From Eledone cirrhosa (Eukaryota): a DNA stretch of 64,000 nucleotides. The DNA lies in the NCBI GenBank assembly GCA_964016885.1, contig OZ024740.1, forward strand, positions 252,588,001-252,652,000, read 5' to 3'. The position numbers and the translations under genes were made by a program. Positions 53,067-64,000 of this stretch are shown one piece after another; within the stretch, counting starts at the first letter, position 1; the number at the start of each line of letters is the position of its first letter. The notes beneath the pieces are model-generated. The model ran no database searches. It was not told the DNA's origin and saw only the letters and a list, made by a program, of their open reading frames with translations.

Positions 53067-53220
53067 ATTGAGTGAGTTAAATCGGTCAGGCATACCGAAA
53101 ACGATAAGTTGAAAAAAAATGAAAACGAAATTTCATTTCTCACTCTTAGTATGGCACTTACTTAAATGTAAGTATGTATGTATACGTACATACATATATG
53201 TATACAGACGTACAGTAGCA

Positions 53221-53268
<48 letters not shown>

Positions 53269-53721
53269 TATACACATATGCATACAGGTACACATACATA
53301 TATGCACGCATCAGTTTAGCCGGCGTTTATTATAACGCCGGCCGCTTTGTTCGTTTGTTTGTCAACAAAGCGAACAGCCTGAATTTATGCCATACGGTGT
53401 TAAGGCAACCACGTCACCTTTTTGTTCAACACTGACACAGGAACGATGTACTAGTTTCAAGCTTGTTAGCTATCATCAGCACCGTTTACCCATCTGCCAG
53501 ATAGTTGAACGTTCGAAAGTATATACTTTCCTTATGAAAATTAACGGCTGAGCAGCCTAATTTGCATATTGAGTGAGTTAAATCGGTCAGGCATACCGAA
53601 AACGATAAGTTGAAAAAAAATGAAAACGAAATTTCATTTCTCACTCTTAGTATGGCACTTACTTAAATGTAAGTATGTATGTATACGTACATACATATAT
53701 GTATACAGACGTACAGTAGCA

Positions 53722-53769
<48 letters not shown>

Positions 53770-54222
53770 TATACACATATGCATACAGGTACACATACAT
53801 ATATGCACGCATCAGTTTAGCCGGCGTTTATTATAACGCCGGCCGCTTTGTTCGTTTGTTTGTCAACAAAGCGAACAGCCTGAATTTATGCCATACGGTG
53901 TTAAGGCAACCACGTCACCTTTTTGTTCAACACTGACACAGGAACGATGTACTAGTTTCAAGCTTGTTAGCTATCATCAGCACCGTTTACCCATCTGCCA
54001 GATAGTTGAACGTTCGAAAGTATATACTTTCCTTATGAAAATTAACGGCTGAGCAGCCTAATTTGCATATTGAGTGAGTTAAATCGGTCAGGCATACCGA
54101 AAACGATAAGTTGAAAAAAAATGAAAACGAAATTTCATTTCTGACTCTTAGTATGGCACTTACTTAAATGTAAGTATGTATGTATACGTACATACATATA
54201 TGTATACAGACGTACAGTAGCA

Positions 54223-54270
<48 letters not shown>

Positions 54271-54717
54271 TATACACATATGCATACAGGTACACATACA
54301 TATATGCACGCATCAGCGGCGTTTATTATAACGCCGGCCGCTTTGTTCGTTTGTTTGTCAACAAAGCGAACAGCCTGAATTTATGCCATACGGTGTTAAG
54401 GCAACCACGTCACCTTTTTGTTCAACACTGACACAGGAACGATGTACTAGTTTCAAGCTTGTTAGCTATCATCAGCACCGTTTACCCATCTGCCAGATAG
54501 TTGAACGTTCGAAAGTATATACTTTCCTTATGAAAATTAACGGCTGAGCAGCCTAATTTGCATATTGAGTGAGTTAAATCGGTCAGGCATACCGAAAACG
54601 ATAAGTTGAAAAAAAATGAAAACGAAATTTCATTTCTCACTCTTAGTATGGCACTTACTTAAATGTAAGTATGTATGTATACGTACATACATATATGTAT
54701 ACAGACGTACAGTAGCA

Positions 54718-54757
<40 letters not shown>

Positions 54758-54958
54758 TATACACATATGCATACAGGTACACATACATATATGCACGCAT
54801 CAGTTTAGCCGGCGTTTATTATAACGCCGGCCGCTTTGTTCGTTTGTTTGTCAACAAAGCGAACAGCCTGAATTTATGCCATACGGTGTTAAGGCAACCA
54901 CGTTATAATAAACGCCGGCTAAACTGATGCGTGCATATATGTATGTGTACCTGTATGC

Positions 54959-54996
<38 letters not shown>

Positions 54997-55137
54997 TATA
55001 TATATATGCATGCTACTGTACGTCTGTATACATATATGTATGTACGTATACATACATACTTACATTTAAGTAAGTGCCATACTAAGAGTGAGAAATGAAA
55101 TTTCGTTTTCATTTTTTTTCAACCTATATATATATAT

Positions 55138-55200
<63 letters not shown>

Positions 55201-55219
55201 AATATATATATATATAAAT

Positions 55220-55250
<31 letters not shown>

Positions 55251-55253
55251 AAT

Positions 55254-55510
<257 letters not shown>

Positions 55511-55516
55511 TATATA

Positions 55517-55599
<83 letters not shown>

Positions 55600-55718
55600 A
55601 TATATGAATATATATATATATATATATATGAATATATATATATATATGAATATATTTATATATATATATATATATGAATATATATATATATATATATATA
55701 TGAATATATATATATATA

Positions 55719-55758
<40 letters not shown>

Positions 55759-55779
55759 TATATATATATATATATATAT

Positions 55780-56595
55780 GAATAGAGGGTGTTAAAGTTT
55801 GCTTGAAGCATTGTGAAATGTGTAAAATATGTAGTTTAGAAAGCCACAACAATGCAGATGGGAAATCTCGAGGTAAGAAGTGAGTGAGAAATAGGAGAAA
55901 AGTGAAAATGAAAACAAAACAAAGGTAGAAGGGTTACCGTAGGGGAGATTTAATCCCAATATTTCGGGCTCACACCCATCAACGGGGGAAAAGTTCCAAA
56001 AGGGGGGGGAACAGGCTAAGCCGGAGAAAGTTGTATTGTCGTTAAAACTTAAGAATGCCGTTATGGGGAAAATTCAAATGAGGGAAAGAATGCGCGTGCG
56101 CGTGATAGGCTCTGGCAAAAGCTACTGACCAATTGGGTTAAATCAATAGGGTGCGCTAGCGTGTGGAAGCCGTAAAATATGTGTGTGTAAATATATGTGT
56201 GTGTGTAACTGTGTGTGTATATGTGTATGTATGTGAGTGTGTGTGTGTGTGAAAGATAGGGGGCCGTAGAAGCTGGAAAACAAAGAGTGAGAAAGGTGGT
56301 AGGTTGTATAAACATGTGTGCGCGTATAAATATAGATGTTTGTGTGTATGTGTATGGGTATACATATAAGTGTGTGTGTGTGAAGGATAGTAGGCCGTAG
56401 GGGCTGTTACTAGTCAATATGGTTAAATTAGCCATGTCAGCTCATTTCTCTCAGCCCGGTTGTTAAGTGGGGGTCTGAGGTTCTTAATAACAAGTGCTTC
56501 CTTTATCCTTAAGGATCCGATGCTGCGTTCAGTCGCTAGGACTGTGACCAAGGGTCTGCCCTGTGGGTTTCCGCATTTAAGGATGTGTTTACGGT
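55780..56595 (-). mobile_element. PLE 3' fragment (GIY-YIG C-terminus plus UTR), a further family
   Basis: RKHILKC...[20 protein letters not shown] ending at 56423; possible decayed hammerhead at 55955-55987. Confidence 0.7.
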
Positions 56596-56608
56596 ATATA
56601 TAAATATA

Positions 56609-56648
<40 letters not shown>

Positions 56649-56718
56649 TATATATATATATGAATATATATATATATATATATATATATGAATATATATA
56701 TATATATATATATATATG

Positions 56719-56750
<32 letters not shown>

Positions 56751-56824
56751 TATATATGAATATATATATATATAAATATATATATGAATATATATATATA
56801 TATATATATATAAATATATATATA

Positions 56825-56880
<56 letters not shown>

Positions 56881-56924
56881 TATATATGAATATATATATA
56901 TATATATATATAAATATATATATG

Positions 56925-56983
<59 letters not shown>

Positions 56984-57039
56984 TATATATGAATATATAT
57001 ATATATAAATATATATATGAATATATATAAATATATATA

Positions 57040-57090
<51 letters not shown>

Positions 57091-57131
57091 TCATATATAT
57101 ATATTCATATATATATATATATATATATATA

Positions 57132-57169
<38 letters not shown>

Positions 57170-57185
57170 TATATATATATATATA

Positions 57186-57225
<40 letters not shown>

Positions 57226-57249
57226 TATATATATATATATATATATATA

Positions 57250-57283
<34 letters not shown>

Positions 57284-57299
57284 TATATATATATATATA

Positions 57300-57385
<86 letters not shown>

Positions 57386-57490
57386 TATATATTTATATAT
57401 ATATATATAAATATATATATATATGAATATATATATATATATATAAATATATATGAATATATATATATATAAATATATATGAATATATAT

Positions 57491-57526
<36 letters not shown>

Positions 57527-57534
57527 GAATATAT

Positions 57535-57571
<37 letters not shown>

Positions 57572-57585
57572 AATATATATATATA

Positions 57586-57771
<186 letters not shown>

Positions 57772-57781
57772 TATATATATA

Positions 57782-57835
<54 letters not shown>

Positions 57836-57936
57836 TATATATATATATATATGAATATATATGAAGATATATATATATATATATATATATGACTATATAT
57901 ATATATATATATCTATATATATGTATATATATATGA

Positions 57937-57968
<32 letters not shown>

Positions 57969-57985
57969 GAATATATATATATGAA

Positions 57986-58022
<37 letters not shown>

Positions 58023-58114
58023 GAATATATATGAATATATATATGAATATGAATATATATATATATGAATATATATATATATATATATGATATATATATA
58101 TATATGAATATATA

Positions 58115-59622
58115 TAGAAGGAATAGATAACACTAGGTCACTTGTTAATAACTCTGCTAATCTCTCTAATCGCAATTGCCCTCTTAAAAATAAATGTCCT
58201 CTCAACAACCATTGTCTTGAAAAAAACTAAATCTACGAATGTAAAGTTATAACTGACACCAATTGGTTCACCTATTTTGGCTCCTTCCACCTACTTTAAA
58301 GCTCGTCTTTATAATCCTCATTCGTCTTTTAAATACCAACTTAAGAGAACCAACACGGCACTCTCAGAACTCATATGGTCCTTGAAATATATTAAATATA
58401 ACATCTCTTGGAAAAAGGTTTCTTCTGCTTATCTATACTTGAACAGTTCTCTATCCAAGACTTGCAATCTCTGTTTAAATGAAAAATTTACCATTATATC
58501 TAATTTAGATTCTATAATAAATAGACGCACTGACTTGTTTTCTCTCTGCTTGCATAAATTCCACAGAACATTCCATAAAGTATACAGCTAATATCTAATA
58601 CTTTATCAATTTTAAATCCTTTTTTCAAAGGCACATATATATATATATACTTCTTTAAAAATATACCCATCTTTCTACCTTATTTCAAAGTTATTTATTA
58701 TACATTATATAATACTAGTTACTCATTCTATATCACTCCTATTTATCACTTCCCTTTCCTTTTCTTTTCTTTTTCTTTTAATTTCTAACCCCTAATCTGT
58801 ACCTTTTCTCATTGTGCCTAACATAGAAACAATTATTACACAGTACAATATATTCTTACTTTATATCACCTTGAAAAAATCCTTCGTAAACATAAACATT
58901 TTTTTTTGACGTTAGATTATTCATCCTCAATTCATTATTTTTTTCTCCCTTTCATGCTCATCTGACTTATTCATACTATCTTCTACTTCTTTCACAATAT
59001 ATCCTTACATACATTACTATTGCTATATTTTTACATTTTTTTAATAATACATATCAACATTTTCTTTCCTCCATCGCAGATATTATTAAACCCTTAAATA
59101 TTATTCTTAATACATATTAACAATTTCTTTTCATCGCACATATTATTAAACCCTTCAATATACAAACCTTAAGTTAACATCATTTTTCTCTTCGTTAATT
59201 TTCAAATTCTTTTAATTTATACATTATCTTCCAACGGTTTTTCAACCTCTCTATGTAAAACAATATATTTTTCTCAGTTATAAAAGCTATCTCTCTCTCT
59301 CTATCAATCACCTCTCCTCCTATCTCATCCTAACTCATTATTCTCCTGCCCCTCCACTTTTTACTCTCATCATCTCCTCTTTTTCATCCTTTCCACCCCC
59401 CACCCCTCAAATTTTTTTTCCCCAATATCACACATCAATCTAAATCTACTTTTCATATGTTGATTTAAAACTGCACTATTCACAAGTGTATTTTAACCTT
59501 CATATCATGTCTTCCTATTTTATCTGATGAAAATACAAATGTTATTGCATGATGATATTTGTTTTTGAAATGCGCATAATAAAATACATGGAACTCTTTT
59601 AACCATCTTTTGATCTTATATA
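58115..59622 (+). mobile_element. Second Hydra-like PLE family, 3' fragment with frameshifted GIY-YIG
   Basis: [45 protein letters not shown]...C.H. Confidence 0.82.
59516..59586 (+). ncRNA. Minimal type I hammerhead ribozyme
   Basis: TATTTTAT-CTGATGA-long stem II-GAAA-TGCGCA-TA-ATAAAATA. Confidence 0.9.
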
Positions 59623-59647
59623 TTTTATATATATATATGTATGTATG

Positions 59648-59710
<63 letters not shown>

Positions 59711-59725
59711 ATATATATATATATG

Positions 59726-59778
<53 letters not shown>

Positions 59779-59789
59779 GTATATATATG

Positions 59790-59820
<31 letters not shown>

Positions 59821-59823
<3 letters not shown>

Positions 59824-62020
59824 TCGATCCAATAGAGGGACCAGCAGTGTTAGTTGAAGGTAGTATAATAAGTAAGGCAATCAAAGATATGAAGACGGGT
59901 AAGGCGGCTGGGCCTTCGGAAATAGTTGCTGAGATGCTGAAGGCATCTGGTTCGGTGGGACACAACATGGTCACCCGGATAGTTAACCAAGTCGTACAGA
60001 ATGGGGTTGTTCCGAAGGAATGGCGTAGCAGCATCATCGTTAACTGCTATAAGGGAAAAGGAGATGCCCTAGATAGGAGTAACTATAGAGGCATTAAATT
60101 AATCGACCAGGTCATGAAGGTCACGGAAAAAGTAATAGCGCAACTAATCAGAGAGAGAATTGATCTAGATGAAATGCAGTTCGGGTTTGTGTCAGGCAAA
60201 AGTACCACAGACGCTCTTTTCATTGTACGACAACTACAGGAGAAGTACCTAGCTAAAAGTAAATCCCTATACTTAGCTTTCGTCGACTTGGAGAAAGCCT
60301 TCGACAGAGTCCCCCGTTCCATTATCTGGTGGTCTCTTAGAAAACTAGGTGTTGACGAATGGCTTGTGAGAGCTATACAAGCCATGTATAAAGAAACAGT
60401 CAGTAAGGTTAGAATTAACAACGAATATAGTGAAGAGTTTAGCGTAAAAGTTAGTGTCCATCAGGGCTCTGTTCTTAGCCCCCTACTATTTATTATTGCC
60501 CTTCAGGCTATAACAGAGGAGTTCAAGACCGGCTGCCCATGGGAACTCCTATACGCAGATGATCTAACGCTCATAGCTGAATCAATGACCGAACTAGAGA
60601 AGAAATTCCAAACATGGAAGCACGGCCTAGAATCAAAAGGCCTTAAAATTAACCTGCTAAGACTAAAGTTCTAGTTTGTAGGAAAGAAAATAAGGCGGCG
60701 GTCCCATCTGGGAAATGGCCATGCTCAGTGTGTAGGAAAGGCGTAGGTAGAAACTCCATTTTATGTCCCAAATGCAAAGTATGGGTGCATAAAAGATGTA
60801 GTGGGATCACAGGTAAGCTAACTAAGAACATAGATTTTACATGTGGCCGGTGCTCTGGTGCAATAAGTAGCAGCAAGTGCCCACAAAATACTAGCTCCTT
60901 CAACTGCGCAGAGGGTTCTATAGAAATAGTGGACAGCTTCCGTTATCTGGGTGACAAAATCAGCAGTGGGGGAGGGTGCTCTGAAAGTACAGTAGCTAGA
61001 GTCAGAACTGGATGGAAAAAGTTCAGAGAGCTTATACCACTATTAGCCGCTAGAGGGTTCTCCCTAAAAATGAAAGGCAGGTTATACGATGCCTGCATAC
61101 GAACAGCAATGCTGCATGGCAGTGAGACCTGGGCATTGTGTGCAGAGGATATACGCAGACTAGAGAGGAACGAAGCTTGCATGCTCCGCTGGATGTGCAA
61201 TAGTAATATACGTGAACGGCAAAGCATAAACGAACTAAGGAAAAAATTAGAAATAAGAGGGATCAGATGTTGTTTACTCGAGAGAAGGCTACGTTGGTAC
61301 GGTCACGTGATGCGCATGAAAGACGACAGCTGTATAACATAGTGCAGGGCAATAAAGATAGACGGTAGCCACGGAGTAGGCAGACCCAGAAAAACATGGG
61401 ACGAGCTGATAAATTCCGACCTCACACGCTTACACCTCTCCAAGACAATGTCACTGGACCGAGACCTTTGGCGGTAGTCAGTAATAGAGAAGACCCGCCT
61501 TACCTAAATACAAAGTAAAAACCTACTACAGTCAGTAGGCATCTCTATCAAAACACACCCCCGTCCCACCACCTCCACCCCACCCACACCGCCCCTTTCA
61601 ATGTAAAGTTATGTTGGTCCCACAACATCCAGGCCGAAACAAATGAGATCGTGTAGGTGTCACGACAAAAAACACACAGTCCACGCTGTAAATGTGGCCG
61701 TGTAGGCAACACGGTAAAAACCTCCCAGCCCCACACTGTAAATGTGGTTGGTGTTAGGAAGGGCATCCAGCTGTAGAAAACCCGCCAGACAGTCCACGCT
61801 GTAATGTGGCCGTGTAGGCAACACGGTAAAAACCTCCCAGCCCCACACTGTAAATGTGGTTGGTGTTAGGAAGGGCATCCAACTGTAGAAAACCCGCCAG
61901 ACAGTCCTATGCGAGTAAGACAACCACTCTTGCCTCAAGTGGGAAAACCCCCGTCCAAACCCATGCAAGCGTGGAACACGGACGCTAAACCTGATGATGA
62001 TGATGATGATGATGATGATG
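59821..62020 (+). mobile_element. RTE family 1, 5'-truncated, with frameshift near 60655
   Basis: ORFs 59847-60674 and 60728-61342; two UTR repeats; long (GAT)n tail. Confidence 0.95.
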
Positions 62021-62049
62021 TATGTATATATCTATATATCTATATATAT

Positions 62050-62323
<274 letters not shown>

Positions 62324-62367
62324 CGTATGTATGTATGTATGTATGTATGTATGTATGTGTGTGTGTG

Positions 62368-62399
<32 letters not shown>

Positions 62400-62417
62400 T
62401 ATATGTATGTATGTATG

Positions 62418-62450
<33 letters not shown>

Positions 62451-62507
62451 GTATGTATGTATATATGTATGTATGTATGTATACATATATATATATATAT
62501 ATATATG

Positions 62508-62746
62508 TAGCGGCGATGAATTAGTTTTGCGAGGTTTTTTATATGAAATCGTGTGTCGAAATATTGTATCTGTATTATTTTTGACCGCCGGTCAGTCAAT
62601 GGCAACATTGAGGACCGAGTAAGCTAGATCGCAGATATATATATATAAAAGACAGCGAGAAGCGAAAACCAACCAAACAGTGAGTGTGTTCTGTTATTAA
62701 TTCTGGCAATATTACGCAAATATGACCCTCCCCAAATATAACAATA
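62508..62746 (+). mobile_element. Mini-insertion of Neptune-like family 1: inverted tail plus terminal repeat
   Basis: 62508-62560 is the reverse complement of 28462-28515; the rest matches 28273-28457. Confidence 0.88.
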
Positions 62747-62840
62747 TATATATGTATATATATATATATGTATGTATATGTATATATATATATGTATGTA
62801 TATATATATATATATGTATGTATATATATATGTATGTATG

Positions 62841-62945
<105 letters not shown>

Positions 62946-62956
62946 GTATATATATG

Positions 62957-62991
<35 letters not shown>

Positions 62992-62996
62992 GTATG

Positions 62997-63045
<49 letters not shown>

Positions 63046-63068
63046 GTATGTATATATATATACATACA

Positions 63069-64000
63069 TTAGCTTTCGTCGACTTGGAGAAAGCCTTCGA
63101 CAGAGTCCCCCGTTCCATTATCTGGTGGTCTCTTAGAAAACTAGGTGTTGACGAATGGCTTGTGAGAGCTATACAAGCCATGTATAAAGAAACAGTCAGT
63201 AACGTTAGAATTAACAACGAATATAGTGAAGAGTTTAGCGTAAAAGTTGGTGTCCATCAGGGCTCTGTTCTTAGCCCCCTACTATTTATTATTGCCCTTC
63301 AGGCTATAACAGAGGAGTTCAAGACCGGCTGCCCATGGGAACTCCTATACGCAGATGATCTAACGCTCATAGCTGAATCAATGACCGAACTAGAGAAGAA
63401 ATTCCAAACATGGAAGCACGGCCTAGAATCAAAAGGCCTTAAAATTAACCTGGCTAAGACAAAAGTTCTAGTTTGTAGGAAAGAAAATATGGCGGCAGTC
63501 CCATCTGGGAAATGGCCATGCTCAGTGTGTAGGAAAGGCGTAGGTAGAAACTCCATTTTATGTCCCAAATGCAAAGTATGGGTGCATAAAAGATGTAGTG
63601 GGATCACAGGTAAGCTAACTAAGAACATAGATTTTACATGTGGCCGGTGCTCTGGTGCAATAAGTAGCAGCAAGTGCCCACAAAATACTAGCTCCTTCAA
63701 CTGCGCAGAGGGTTCTATAGAAATAGTGGACAGCTTCCATTACCTGGGTGACAAAATCAGCAGTGGGGGAGGGTGCTCTGTAAGTACAGTAGCTAGAGTC
63801 AGAACTGGATGGAAAACGTTCAGAGAGCTTATACCACTATTAGCCGCTAGAGGGTTCTCCCTAAAAATGAAAGGCAGGTTATACGATGCCTGCATACGAA
63901 CAGCAATGCTGCATGGCAGTGAGACCTGGGCATTGTGTGCAGAGGATATACGCAGACTAGAGAGGAACGAAGCTTGCATGCTCCGCTGGATGTGCAATAG
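63069..64000 (+). mobile_element. RTE family 1 fragment running off the window
   Basis: [18 protein letters not shown] region. Confidence 0.94.

Overview
Eukaryotic repeat-dense DNA with no recognisable host gene. An invertebrate source, plausibly a cephalopod or other mollusc, is inferred from the element families, not shown. A large fraction of the window is interrupted (TA)n microsatellite, and the many 'YIYIYI' ORFs are artefacts of it. Nearly all other sequence is retroelement-derived and sits inside (TA)n: eight copies of one RTE-clade LINE (APE + RT, with a C4HC3 PHD-type finger inserted in the RT, and (GAT)n tails), a second RTE family, three CR1-like LINE 3' pieces, and two lineages of Penelope-like elements (PLEs; Neptune-like and Hydra-like, RT + C-terminal GIY-YIG). 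Reading by eye finds about 14 intact-looking minimal type I hammerhead ribozymes (CUGANGA...GAAA...UH) plus several degenerate ones. The most notable system is a non-coding ~501-bp tandem unit (52667-55123, with copies at ~6 kb and ~42 kb). Each unit carries a hammerhead just downstream of an octamer + TATA arrangement, an embedded (TA)n and an oligo-T run, so it is a candidate retrozyme or ribozyme satellite mobilised by PLEs. PLE insertions of both lineages also share a reproducible two-ended inverted architecture.
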